NCBI GenBank assembly: GCA_977016875.1
Contig: CDRNST010000233.1
Span: 5,146,001 to 5,210,000, forward strand
Direction of reading: 5' to 3'
Origin: Pavona decussata
Lineage: Eukaryota
Length of the DNA: 64,000 nt
Each line of letters opens with the position of its first letter. Within the stretch, counting starts at the first letter, position 1. A program made the position numbers and the translations under genes. Shown here one piece after another: positions 38,353-53,500 of this stretch. The notes beneath the pieces were generated by a model, which was given only the letters and a program-made list of their open reading frames with translations, had not been told where the DNA came from and did no database searches.

Positions 38353-41300
38353 GGCTTTACCTTCAAGTTAAAACTACGAAAACAAAAAAAAAAAAAAACA
38401 TGAAACTGTTCTGCTCGGACAGAAATTCTTCACAGCAGGCCAGGTTAAGACTGATTTTATTTTCTGCAGTGCATTTTTGGATTAGCATGTAATCATGGAA
38501 ACCGGAAATCCTAAATTATCTTAGGGAACTACAATCTTGGACGGAATAAAATAAGAAATTAAACCCCCCACCCCCCAAAATCAGTGATGAATTCGCGCGC
38601 AAAGCAAAACGCGCCATTTTTCCATCTTTGAAATGGAGGGGAGGGGTGGTCTTAATTTTCCATTTAAATTGTCCAAGATTCAGTGTAATGGCTTAAAGGG
38701 AGTATACAATTATTGAGTACGAAATATTTAGATTTTCGCAAGTGCGGGAAGATTTTAATAGGATCCGGCAAACTCGCCATTTTCAGCCGATCGCGCGGTG
38801 GCGTAAATAATAAACATTTTTGCACAGTTTTCGGCCCTTGAATGAAACAATACAATTTGAAAATATCAGTGCAAACATAAATGGAAAAATAGAGCGGGTA
38901 ATTATTCTAGAACTGTGAGCTTCTTCAGCGACTGGCTTGAGTAAAATACTTTTCTGACCTGCTCTAAACTTGCAAACCTAGACGGAACTAATCAATTTAG
39001 TTTTACAATATCAATCTAGCTAAGATACCACACACAGAGCAACTCACCTATTCGACGTCACATTCATTATAAATAACAATAATAATAATAATGGGTCTTT
39101 TATTCTTCAAAAGATACTGAACTAATACATATCTTCTGTTACAAGTAGGTAAAACAATTACATATAGTACAGCGTTCCTCTAAGTATCTATATTACATTA
39201 CAAAGCTCTTTCGTATTTAAATACTAAACGGTTAAAAACGCATTGTATATTTTGGCTTATGACAAGTCTTCAAGACAATTTGACACGTGAGTGGGTGCCT
39301 GGTCGACTTTGATACTTTTCTAATAGCTGAAACAAAAATTTCACTGCATCAGAATGATTCCATTCTCTTTCAATGTTGAGAGTTCATCGAACATTTTAGT
39401 GAGTATTTTCCCCCAGAACAAGGACAAAAACGAATAAAAGGTTGCATTGTTGCTTAATGGGCTCCTGTACTGGATTAAGGCCATTTTGGCGAGCTATCGC
39501 TTCCTGGGTTTTCCTCTCTAAGCGAAAAGTCAAGTGTTTTCTCCCTGTGCAGAAACCGGCCCTGTGGGACTTCTGTCCTATACTAACGTTGTAGCAATTG
39601 TTGAATTTGGCAATATTTTATCAGATTTTTTAAGCCCCGCCCCAAAGAACTGAAAAACCGATGTGACGTCACCAATTCCTTCCGGCTCGTTGAAAACATA
39701 TCAACAATGTCTCACGAAAGAGCAACAAACCTAAAAGCCATTTTCATTTTGCCAGAACATGCATGGTCTATAAAAAATATAATATTTTATGTACAAGTGT
39801 TGAGCACACAAACATAAAATGCCTGAGTGCTAAGCGATCCACGAACATTGTCTACGCCAAAACGTTCGTAACGGAAGGATCCTCGCTATGCCTTCATCAT
39901 CATGATTGTATCTTAACTGTATTATTTCATTGGTCTCAGTATCAGTCAGCTGAAATACATTCCTTTACGTGACGCTCTTTCGATAGGCTGTACTATCGCC
40001 GATATGGCTTGTCAAATATAAGAAAGCAAGACAATATACCAACGTTCTCTGAAACACGACCACTCATTGGCCAGCGTGCCAACTGTTAGTTAAAACTTTA
40101 TTATGACGCCTCTGCATCTAATTTTCCTGTATTTGCATATTTCGAGTTGTTGTCATTTGCCCTCGTTTTGATAATATACCACGTCTGGCCGCTTTGTGTG
40201 GTTAGCGGAAACCCTTAATCCTCGGTTCGTTTTAATGTTGCATCAATCTGATAATTTTCTCGACGTCTCTGGGATTTGGTATTCTCGCGGGAATTTTTCG
40301 CGCGAAAGTGACACATTTGTTGGGGCCATTGCGTGATGGTGTGACAAGCGACGAAACTCGGAGCGAATGTGATCACAATCTCGGGATTTCATATTCAAGC
40401 CAGCTTAAAGATTTCCAAGGTAAGCTGTCATGGCAATTTCATGTCCTTTGCACACCTTCAATGTCGATAAATTCTTTAATAACGCCTCGCTAAGCTACGT
40501 TGATAGAATATGTTGATAATTGTGAACAGAAATCGTAACATTCGGAAGGTTTGAAAGCCTGCAGTTGTTTTGAAATCTACAATTCCTGTTTTATTGTAAA
40601 CAAGTTGTGTTCCATTTCTTTTAATCGATGGACTTCAAATGCAAATATTTCAAGTATCCCAAAGTTAAACAACTGGAACCTTGCCATTGAGTTTGTGTTT
40701 GAACGATTTATTATACGAAATATTTCTTTTAGAACTGTACTAGTGAAGATGTTGTGCTTTTCCATCACGGCCGACAAGTGGAAACTATTATTGAGCTAAG
40801 AGCACGCCAACACACACAATGTCAATTCTTCCTTTAATAGACCGACAGCTTTCGTCAATAGAAGCCGTTCAATTTTGCCTTCATCGATTGATTTTCATTA
40901 TGTCGCTCGCAAAATATATAATTTTGCCGTAAAGGTTACAAATTTTCGGTTTTCCCGTCGAATGACCAAGGTATAATAAACGCCTTGTTTTTTTGTTTAC
41001 TTTTGTTGGATTTAGCTGGTTTTCACGTTCAGGGGGGTTTCTCGGTTAATCCTTCAGTCGAAATACATATAGTGTACTACTTGTGATATTGATATTTAAG
41101 ACAAGAACATTACATATGTAAATATTCTTCGTCCTTGATGTTTTGAATGCCTAACAATACCGCAAGCCAGTATCGGCCCACATCGATTGTACTAAATCTG
41201 TAAATCATAGTCTATTCTGATCTAAAATATGCTGAGATATCATTCTAAAGCTGCTTTCCGTTTATATTACTCACAGCCTAGTAAAACAGCAATTACAACA

Positions 41301-42435
41301 ATCTGAGTGAAATCCAATCGAGGAATTTTTTGCGAGTCAAAGAGCCCTTCTGCGGGGGAGTTTTTTAGTTGTTACAAGTCAGTGGTTGGTTGGCAAAATT
41401 GACGATTTTAATAACGGAATCTGTAGTTGTTTGAGCGAACAAAACAGATAAAAAACATTAATATCAACGTGTCAGGGAAGAAAGCGCCAAAGCGTTTAAT
41501 TGCGTTACTGGCCGCACCCAAACAAAACATTTGTCCTTAAGAATTTTTTCGTCAATTAGGGCTTCGAGATAAAACAAAACTATTTTAATTTCTTTTGTTG
41601 CCTTACGCATTGCTTTATAATTTTGTCAAGTCTCTCGTTTTTTTTGATTGGTCAGCATTAATTTTTTTTGGTAAACACAAATTACAAATGATTATTTCTT
41701 TTCATAAATGGTTAAATCTTGTTTTCTACGTTTTGCCCAATTCACGCAAGAGTAAATTTTGTTATTGTACGGTCGAGTAAATTGCTTCAATTAGCGAGAC
41801 TATGTTGAGTATTCAATTTTATCTCCAAAGGTACAACAAGACCATTTTAACACCGTTGCTTGCGTTATTCCTGCTTAGGAATTCCATCCTTGACTGCCGT
41901 ATTTTTGATCAGAAACATTTATCCCTCAAAAATGGACAGTGGGGTTTTCACTGCATGGGCGGAAGCGTGAAGCCGGCGTTCAAACGGCCAAACCGTCCAA
42001 AAGTTGACGTATCATTCAAGCATTCTCATTATAAAAATTTGTGGGGAAACTGAACACAGTCTCGTGCGTTCAAGCAACATTTTTAAACTAAATCTAGCTG
42101 ATTATTTCGGAAGACGAGAAGTGAGAAATTCTTTTCTTTTGTTGCAAAAGCCGTCTTCTTCCGGTATGTGGACGACGCGGGAAACAGTGTCATGGCAACT
42201 TCAGCTTGACTGACAAGTTCGAGAACCCGTAAACCCGTGGGAGGGTCGGACAGACGAGTGTTTGCATCGCGTCGAATATCTCGAACGGCGGACCTAACCT
42301 TTCGAGTTTTTCGGTACTTTAATCCGATATTTCAATTGCACTTTTGAAAATCACCTGCCTTAAAACACCGTCCTCGAAAAGCGGGCTTTATTTTGCTCGT
42401 ACCCGCGTCTGATTTTAGAGTAAACTCGTTTCACA

Positions 42436-45400
42436 ATGGCGTACCGCGGACGGGACTTGTATAACGACGATTCCGCCGCAAACCTTCTTCGTTCTGTCAG
42501 ACAACAGGTGAGAAATTAGTTTATCATTTCTACATAATGTTGATGTTATTAGAATCACCATTTACCATAGTAGTTATTTCTGCATGTGTCGTATCCATTG
42601 CATTAAATTTTGAGGTCAAGACTGGTTGCTGTTAGCTGCTTTACTCCTTGAAAGTGGCTTGCGAGTTCTATTTCCTTTCTACTACCAGAGCGTTCATGTA
42701 AGCGATTACAAATATTAAAGATAAAGCTTGTAAACATGCTAAGTTTTTTTGGTCTTATTTAACAGGAAGCTCATTTTGAAATGCTTTCTCGAGAACTGGA
42801 ACAAGAGAGAAGAAATGTTGCCCAACAGCTGGAAAAGGTAAGCCGAAAGAAAGCATTTTATGTGTGTTTTGATTACCACTGATCCATGTAGCAGCGGTTG
42901 ATCCATAAGCTACGCAGTTCATGAGGGAAGGTTAGCTTAACTATCTCTGACAAACGCATCAATCACTAAATTATTTAACGTCATTTTATTTTGAATTGTA
43001 GTGTAAATATGGCTCAGAAACGGCGAGTGTCAGTTCGATGGGAAGGTAGGATTGTATAATTTGTATTTTATGTAGAATGAATTTCAGCTTGAAATTCTCT
43101 TTAAGGTCTTGGGCTTCAAAATTCGAGTTTACGACCGATGTGTAATTTTCACACCGTTTGTTTTAATGTTAAGTGTTTCTTCGATTTCATGCTTCCAGTG
43201 AATTACGACTTGTGCTACAAGTGCCTAATATATGTATTTAAATGTAAAATCTTATGGAATCAAAAGAAGAAGTAAGCTTTATTTGATTGCCGTGGTAAAT
43301 GTAAACCATTGCTCCGGGCTTTTTTAAAGAATTATTTGTTATGAAAATAATCCTTAATGGTTCCATTTTGTAAAGCTTGGCGTATCTATAAAATTACAGT
43401 CCTTATCTGATGTAGCTTAAAATGTATCGAGTTGGATTAGAAAGAGTGTTGAGCGTATTTTGAGTACACTGACAAACGTTTCGATTCCGAATGTTTTCAT
43501 ATCTTAATTTCCTGAACGGCACTTTTCTCACGTGCCACATTCAGTGGCGTTCTTTTTGAAATAATTTGTGCATTACAATTTATGGAAATCTCATCAATGA
43601 ATTTGTATTTATATTTTATCCGGGGGTAAAACCTCGAAAGACGTATTTAAATACATCTGTAGTTGCTGGTTTTTTTGCAGTGCATTCTTCATTAAAACGT
43701 CTGTTTACATGCGTGCATTGTTCTAGGATGGCTATTTGCATGTACCTTGAGTCCAGTTCTTGAAAAATTTACGTAACTTGAATTGATCAGGCTCTTGTGA
43801 ATAGCATTTGTTTGCGGTTGCTACTTCTGGAATGTTCCCAAAATGTTAAATACATGTAATTTGATTAGGTGTCAAATTGTTGACAGGTCAATGGCCAAAC
43901 TGATCATGACTTTCCATACGATCACAAGTTCTTTTCCAGCGATCATTGTGTCTACAGCGTTAACTGTTTTAAGTTGAATTTAATAAATGCTATCAGTGGT
44001 AAATTGAACTTTATAAATGGAATAAACGAACCTCCTTTTTTCAGTACAGGGGTTTATATGATGAAAGAACAATTGCAAGTGATTTTTTTTGCGGGTTTTG
44101 CTAGCTGACATACACACAACACTACAATAGTCAACAGGGATCAAATTGCCTGCTGTGATCAGTTGACCTGACAGAGGTTACAGGAAACAGATGCAAGCAG
44201 AATGATTTTAAAATGTTCCCTCTGTGGGATTCTTGTTACTGATCACCAAGTTATGAGAAATTCTTGTTTTGGTGTCTGTACCATACCATTATGGCATGAA
44301 AACATGACAAGGGGTTTATTTAGAGTCTGGTTTCTGTCCATGGCTTGACTGTCCATACCCGTTTCCTCTCCCCCTTCGTATGGACACCTGTCGTTAAGGG
44401 TGGGGGGGGGAGGGGGTCATAACGTATTACACCTGTTACGGCTGAATACCCATGGCGTGACTACTCACCTAAATGTAAATACCGGTAACCAGATGTTCTG
44501 GGTGAAATTGACAGTTGAAGCTGCATCTTACCCAAAAAGCAACAATTTTGAGTATGAAGCTCATGACCGATTATGGCTCAAAACTTGCTAACAGCTCTGA
44601 ACACCTTGCTATTACTGATGGCTCTTTTGCTCTGCTGTATGCATGCATCTGGACAGTTGTTTTCCAGTCCTTATGGAACCTGTAGTAAAGGTGCACAATC
44701 CCATGTAACTGATGAAAACTACCCGATCTGTTTTCACGTTCTATCCTCAGTTCATTCAAAATATAAGAGTTTCTTAATTTTTTTTCATAATTTTTGTGTT
44801 CTGAGTCATTTTTGGAATTTGATGGACCTATGGTTGACAGTGTAGTCTTTTCATGATTTCAAGAAAAGCAAGGCCTCTTAGGGTTTAAATGGTAGCAAAG
44901 TATTGCCTTAGTTTTGCATTTTTACCTAATTCATGAAAAAAACTAGGACATGCATGAATATGGGAGGAAAAAGGACTTCATCTTCCCAGGCTAGACACCA
45001 AACATTAATGTTCAAAATGTATATGATTCAAATAACATATTTTTAAAAGGATTTGTGCACCATATCAGGGTTCTGACAAACTGTGTATTCTTGATGAGCT
45101 TATCAAGGTCATCAGTGGCCATGAATTTATGACATCAATTATCACCAAGCATTAATTAACCTTCCTCTCTACAGCAGTAAATCTGTTGCTTCATTTGAAA
45201 CAAATTTGCAATTGTACAACATGTATTTTTTCAGAGATTTTGACCAAATCAAAGTTAACAAGAAGCATTGAAAACACCAATTTCCCATATCATGGATAAC
45301 TACTGCATTAATTTGTAAATTCTTATTTTGATCTTTTCCCAACAAATAAACCACATCTTGCGTGTCTAAACATTAACCTTTCCTTATCTTTAGGTAAATT

Positions 45401-48400
45401 ATATGCAAACTTTTGGCCTTAGCTTCGTAATGGTGACATGTATTTTTTGTCAACAGCTCTACTGATGATTCCTTTGTATGGCGCGGGAATAACGGACCAG
45501 GAAGTATTGGTGATGAACAAGATTTCTCAGACAACGAGAGCCAGCTGAGTGGATCAGCGCTTGTCGATTCCTGCCTGTGAGTTGGAATTACCTTAAGTGC
45601 ACTGAAAAGCACATCTTAACCGTTGCACTGCCACTAATTATCAAGTGAAGACCAACTAACTTTGAAAGGCAATGGTTTGTCAGGGCAAACCTTTGCAATT
45701 TTAAAATGTCAATATCTTTGTTTATTTCTCTATGGATAACAGACATTTGTTACTGTATTCCATGGAACTCACCATTTTGGTGGGATACATTGGATTTGGA
45801 TACTAACACAAACAAGAGTCTGTAAACAGTAATGTGCACTGGCAAAATTCTTGTACATCATCATATTATGATGAAGTTAACAAGTGTTGTTTTTTATAAT
45901 CTTTTCTTTGCAACTGAGTATAATTTTTTTCTTAAATATTGGCATAATGAACATGCATGTAGTTCCCTCCAAGTTATGTAAATATGTTTCAAAATGATTT
46001 ATGGACAACCTTGAAGAATATTCCCAAGAGGTTTGGAGAAAATTTGTATCACTTACTTACAGGGACTTAGTACTTATATAATTTGTACCTTTCTCAAAAC
46101 AGCATTATAAATAGCTACATGTAATAGCAATGAAAAATGGGGCACAGTATTGATCAAATCCCAGTGTTGTGATCCCGTGTTAACATGCCAAGACTAAAAT
46201 CCCAGTATTCAGAAATGTATGCATGTATTAAGTAAACATGAACAGATAGACAACCCAAATGTTCCCAATCATTTCAAAAGGCATAGAATTAATGAAAATG
46301 TGTTCTTTGGGGAACTATCCATCTCCTTACTTTCTGCGAAATTTTTGGCTTTTGAGACCAATCATCCCCCCGTCCCCCTCCCCCTTCAGAATTTAAAATG
46401 ACATTCCTTGGGGTGGCTGTGGGATATTTCCGAGAAGCACATAATAATTTAATGTAATTGGCTCAGGCTCATTGTTTGGCTCATTATAAAGGGTAACTTT
46501 ATCTGTTCTTTTGAGTTTTTGACCTGTGAAATCTTCCTATCTTAACTATCATGGGAGAAAGTGGTATGAACAGTTTAGTTGTCATTCAACAAGGATTTAA
46601 CAGCTCAAGCCCCTACCTTCTGAGTTATGGAGCATATAGGACATTTCTTTGGCAAACCTTTGAAGCTACTGATGCTGTCATTGAAGCTTGCTTTCATGTT
46701 TTATTAAACTGTGTAAAAATATATTGAATTTTGTTGTAAATGTTATCTTCAGTATACATTTATTTCAATAAATCGTATGGTATAATTTTGCATGGTGCAC
46801 AAATGATTTTATCTTTTCTCATGCTATCTAAACATCCACTAAATTTGTTGAAGTCTTAAGCTGTGGTTAAATGTTTATGCAATAATTCAGTTGAAAAACC
46901 CAAACATACTCACATGCGTTTCACAAATTATATTAATAAAAAGAAATTTCTGGTAAATTTCAAATGAATAAAATGAACCCCATGTAGCATTACACTCAAA
47001 TGTAACTTCAACTTTGGGTTTGGATTAACAGAAATTTTATTTTCCTTTTATAATTTGTTCGTATTTTGTACTATTCGTCTGTTAGAATTCATTTTTGAAT
47101 GCTACAGACAGCGATTTCGTTGTTGTATTTTGTGCTTTAAACTGAAACAAAAAAGTTAACAATGAAAAGCTTTTCCTAGTGAGAAGGTTTTCATCCAGAG
47201 TAACACATAATATGTATGTGTGTTAAGACAATGCATGCAGAGGATTAGAATATGATATCAAGGACACATGGTGGCAACCTGTGTGTTCAAGAATGATCCA
47301 TGAATGATTACGTCCGATGCCCTCAGGGCAGACCGTGTCAAAATTTTAGTCACCTTCCTTTTTTTTCCTTCCTCATAGTCACAAATTCCAATAAATAAAT
47401 TAATTGAACCTGGATTAAATTCTGTTCTCTCCTAGAGGGGATATTTTTGTCTTCTATTATTCTTATTGTCTTCAACAAAAATGTCCCAATCAGAATCCAT
47501 TATCTGCTCGTATGTCAGAAAATTGACATATTGAGCAGATAATGGACATTCAACTGTTGATTTGTAAAAAGGATAAAATATCACATTTTGTCGTTGACTG
47601 TTTTAGTATAACTAATATTGTCAGAGTTGTTATAAAAAAATATTGAGCTATATACCATATTCTTTTTTTTTTCTTTGTTAGGTGGTAAGTTAGAATAATC
47701 TCCAGGTTGTTCATGTAAAATTCCCTTTCAAAATTTATGATGGAATTGATTATTTGATTAAAGTTGCCTTAAGTGGCCAGAATATTTATTTATTATTCAA
47801 GCTCTTGGTTCAAGAGGGGTATACTATGTGCATTTTGGCCTTGAAAATTTCTTTTGCTTCAGCAGCTCAAGGCTTTTTGGCATACAGACTGGATAGAGTT
47901 GATTTAGAGCAATTTATTGTCAATGATTTCTATTCCAAAAATCAAAATTCTCCCCTTGAACCAAGGCCTTCAATTATTGTTCTGGGAAGGTATAAACTAA
48001 CAGTTAAAATTCTGCACATTTTGTATGTTATTACTGTACATTCTTGTGAAAACATGAATTGTCCATGGAAACATTTATATTTGATGAGTGGCTATGGTTT
48101 AACATCAATTTTGCCATGATTGTATTTTTGGGGATAAAAACAAAAGGAAAAATTCATTTGCAGTAATTTCAATCTGCAGGATCAAAATCTCCCAACAGCT
48201 TTTGATTAAAGTTATTATTAATAATAAATTATGATGATAAATGTTTTGCGATATCAGATTTGACATGTAACTCAAGCATCTGACATTGTATACTTGTGGG
48301 TTATACAATGTCATCTAGTTGACATATGATCAATTGAAACTACATGTATTTTTGTGTAATCATGAATGTTGAAGAAATTAACTGCAATATGAACTGCACA

Positions 48401-50479
48401 TCAATAATATGTTATGTTTCCTTTCAGAAACTTTAATTGCTAGTTTTGTTTTATTTTCTCTGTTGTTACATTTACTCTCACTGCACAGATCTTTGATGGT
48501 TAGTGAAAATACCTATAAATTTAATGTATGTAAAGTTTAAAAAACATGTGGATATTTGCATCCTATACTGAAGACATGTTTCATTTGCCACACTGCCATA
48601 AGGAGAGTTGACACAGTTATCTTATTCATAAGGCAATGATTTTGTGTCAAATACATATTTGTGCCATTTTGTCCATTGTCAGAAGTTAAATTCATATTTT
48701 ACATGTTCACACGGGCCAGTGTTGTCATGGTTTATCTTGTGAGGCATATATTATAATTTTGTTCTTTTTTAGGACTATTCTGACCCTTTGTATTTTTGTT
48801 TTCAGGAAAGTACTTCAAGAGCGAGGCTTGTCTGACTCAAGGTACTTAATGATTTAATGGTATTTGTTCTCAATAAAAACAAATACTTTAAGTTTGAAAG
48901 CTATTGAACTGGTAGGGTTTTTTTTTTAGGAACATATTCTTTTTTGCTGCTGTAAACATTGACAGTATAAAAATTCATTCCTCTCTAGACTGTAGATATA
49001 AATTATGAAAGGCAACTTTTGGTAGTACAAGAAATCAGTAGGATTTCATGATATTAACTCTTACTCCTAGAATGATGTATAAAAAATGAAATATCAGGTT
49101 TTATAAACTCTGTAATTATACTATAAATTCAAAGCAACTAGCACTTAATAAGAATTTTATATGAAGAGTTAAAAGTTAAAATGGAGTATATGAATTGATA
49201 TAATATTTAACCGTCTCGGGGTGAAAAGGTTAAGAATTATTAATACTGACATCAAAAACACAAATGGCAGACAGTCTAGCGCAGCTCAAAGTTGAAACAG
49301 GTGCGAAAATTGTCTCAGGTAGTCATATGCTACTTATGTCAATGTGATGTACTGTATAAGCTGCAGGGTGTACTTCACTGTATTGTGTTTTCTCTGGCTT
49401 CTCATCTGCTGCTGTCCTTTGAATATCCCTGAATCGGTTTCAGACTAAAAACACCATTCTGTATGTTCACACAATTATTGTGAATAAACTCTCAGGAGGA
49501 AGGACAAAGACGTGAGGTTTTAAAATAATGATAAGTCACTATATTGTTTGCTTTTCTTCGTATTGTTCAACGTCTGTTTTCACCATTTTCCGATGACCAT
49601 GATAAGATTTTGTTGTGCTCAGCTCAGCAGGAAATGCTCTATTTGCCCTTTCCTTGGACAATTTTCTTCATGGCGTGAGTTAATTATTCTAAAAGGAGGC
49701 CAAGGTTACCTTTGGAATGTCAAACAGCTTAGAAAAATTATGAAATAAATATTATAGGAATTCAGCAAACAAAACTAAGAATGAAGTGAATATTTTGTCA
49801 ATAAAGATTCCATAAGGTAAGCTCAATGTATTCCAAAATAGCTGCTTCATTGAGTCTTACACTTGAGTCACAACGAAATGATATGCAACTGGTAGACAGC
49901 ACACTGATAAGCAGTATAATTTGACAGATTTATATGAGACATTATCAGAAGAGTAACATACAACATTACATGTAAATATAAATATTTTTGCGTGGTTTAT
50001 AACTGTGTGGGGAAAGCAGATCTTGGTAAAGGTTATTGGAATCCAGAAATGACACAAGAGGTAACCTTGCATTTTTCAGACATAAAATTATTAAGCTTAA
50101 ATTTGAGGGAAAATGCCAAATGCCAAATTCGTATTTTAACATTTTTTGGAATAATTTTTAAGTTGCTTATAAATAATTATCTTTGAAAACATGTATGGTT
50201 ATGCCCAATTTTCTTTTTGGATTCCAATAGCCCTGGCTAAGATCTGGTTTTACTGCATAGTCATAAAGTGCGCTAAAATGCATGTCTCTTTGTAATAGGA
50301 GGTACTTATAAGTAATAAACCTCATTGTTTGTTGGGATTGGTTTCAGGGATGAGCAAGACCCTCTTTGCAACAGGAGTTTAATTGACGGTAAGAGTGCCA
50401 TAACAGTACCACGCTCAAATGCACTAATGAGTCAGGACTGGGAAAAGGATCTTATGGAAGCAGGTGGGTATAGGGCTGT

Positions 50480-50527
<48 letters not shown>

Positions 50528-53500
50528 TATTTATAACAGTGTTTTACAGGGTGCTCTCTCACTGCATGGTGGTTTTCAGAGAGGCCCTGTATATAAAAAT
50601 TACCAACCAATAGAGATTTAATTACAATAGTTAAAATCTACTCTGACTACTAGATACATATATAATAAAAACTTGACGTATAAATACAATATGTTAGGTA
50701 CGAAATTCAAAAAGGATAACATGGATAAATACGTAGTACATAGTAAAAGGAAACAGTGGTGGGTAAGATAGTCTTACGTTTTAAGCCACATGTTTCTTAA
50801 AGCTTCACATCCATAACAATCTTGCTTCTTTGTGAGTTAAATGACCCTACAACTGTCAAGATTGGCCCAAGAAATTTTTCAAGGGTATTCGGCTGTAACA
50901 GGTGTTAAGGGCTACAGCCCTTGTAAACTGACAGCTCTGGGCACACTATTGCATCTTACCTAATCTACTAGATTGTAAAAAACAAGCAGTCAAAATTCAA
51001 ATTTTAGACAACATTTAACATCAACCTCTCCCCCATATTTTCCCTGTAGTTCACTGGAATCAGAGGGAGCTTAATCCATTTGGCATTCTGTACTCAAATT
51101 CAACTTGATATCTGCAGAACAGCACTCTCCTGCTTTAACTGAGAGATGTTGCCATTTTGACTTATCATCAAATTCTAAGACGTGACATCAGTAGAAGTTT
51201 ACAGTGTTAATTATTGATGAGAATCTTTGTCCCAAGCATAGCATAAAAAAGCAGAGTATCTTTATTTTGGTAAATGAAAATGACTATATTGAAATGCCTA
51301 TCACAGTACGGAAAATAGGTCTCGTCAATTAGTTGCAACACGTTAAGTTTTGTTTTTCATTAATTTTTCGACTTTTTTTGTGTGTGTGTTACTAGTGATT
51401 TCTCTACCTCCCCTAAATTCTATTTGTCCTGTCTTTCATGATTGTAATAACTGTTAGTAAAAATACCTAGATTAGCTCTCACCACCTGCAGGCCAGTCTC
51501 TCTTTTTTGCTAAATTTTTGAGTTTTTGAATAAACTTGAACTTGAAACTTGAGACTTTCATTGGTGCTTAAAAACATTTCAATTGATTGTTTTTTTTATG
51601 CAGAGCTTACCCCTGGGCAAACAGTCAAGAAAGTTGTGACGAGAACAGAAGTTCGCACATTAAGAACAGTCGATGGCAAAGTGATTCAAGATACATATGA
51701 TCCTGGCAGCACTCAAACAACGGTTGAACGATACACACTAGATAACAGAGCCGTCAATGGAAATACACCAAGAGCTTTAACAAAGCAGTATGTGCCAGGC
51801 GATGAATACCGGTCACCTGGGCGCCGTGGACCTGGATCGCAGTCTTCTGTTGAGGATTACCGAAGACCCTACAGTCCTGGAAGCCAGAGTGGTCCTGGTT
51901 CAGAGGGTCGTCGGACACCCACTGCTAACAACCTGTCTGGACACACATCAGATGGCTACCAGACACCAACAGGTACATTGTTGTAATGCTCTTCATTTTA
52001 TCCCACTCTTCATTGTGGTGTTCACTGTTCTGGCGCCCTCTAAGTGTGCAGTTACCCGACAATAACGTAATTCACCATTGCCATGGCATTCATTTTTAAA
52101 CACAGAATTAAATAAAAAGCAGAGTTCATGAATGGAATCATAGTTAGATCTTGATGGATTCAGCAAAAATGAAAAGTTTTTAACTTAGATCCTTCTCAAA
52201 CTCAAGAACTATTAATAGAAGTTTCACTTTTGTTATTTTTTAAACGAAATGCATTGACGGCAGGCTATTACTACCCGATTACTATTTCAGTGTATGACAG
52301 GTCTTATACTAGAAAATAGAGCTACATGTAAAGGACCGGTGTTTTGTTGCCCATAAAAAGAACTTTAGGCTGCAAATTGTTGAGCTTGTTCATGGACAGT
52401 TTAGACCACAAACTAAAAGATGCGATTTAAAAAAAACCTCTGAGTGAATGTCAGGTCACAACTCTGTACAACAGCGAGAAGTCAAATTATATGAATTTGC
52501 TGAGTGCTGGAAAACCTCTTAAACCTCAATAAAATGTCCGGCTTGTGACTAGTGCCAAATCTTTAGGTTCTGTGTGTTTTTTCTGTTTACTACCCTAACT
52601 GTATTTCTTAGATTTGGTTTAAAGCAAAACACTCAAGACATTAATGATGATATTTCAAACACTCTTGTAACAAAAGATTAAATAAGTGTATAACATGTTT
52701 CTCTTATCCTTAGTTAAAAGCATTTTTATTATCAGATTATTAGTAATACTCAGTTGGCTTCTGGATAGTTACTTTTGTTCCAAAATAATTAAATTTGTTG
52801 ACAAGATATATATCTCTAACCTTACTTCTTTATTGATATGCCAATTATCAGTCAGAAAACCTCCTTCTTCACAAAAATCCACTGAATTGGGCAGTTACAA
52901 GTATCCATTTGTATTATGAGGCCATGCAATCAATTAATTTAACATGCTTCCAATTCATTTCTCCCCCTCACTGTAAAAATTCGTATTAATCATGTCTTCT
53001 TTTTAGGTTCAAGGCATTCTTCTCAGTCTAGTTCTGTCAGCGCTAATCCATATCGTAACAAAACTCAATCGCTACCTCGCACTTCATTGTCAACACCTGG
53101 TGGTGGAACACCATCGTCTTCAACAACAATCCCACGATCATCAAGCAGTTCTGGACGATTAAGCAGTAAGTTATAATTTGATAACATTTAAAAAATCAGT
53201 TACAGTTAAACTGTTAGTTCTCTAAAAACAAATGTAAGTTAAAGGACTTACCACACAACCAAAAGCTTCAGGATGACACCTTGTAGTCACCTTCTGCAGC
53301 TTAATAAATAGCACCACAAGAGAGTTCAACTGACAGCTGCTACATGCAAGTGCTTTAATTTAATTGGTCACACTTTAGAATCTTATCTAGTACAGCTGTA
53401 TACTCTTCACTTTGCATATATGGTTGATTTACATGTTCCTTGAACAACACAAAAAAACACTACCACAAGAGAGTCCACTAGTTGCAATCGCTTTTGTTTT

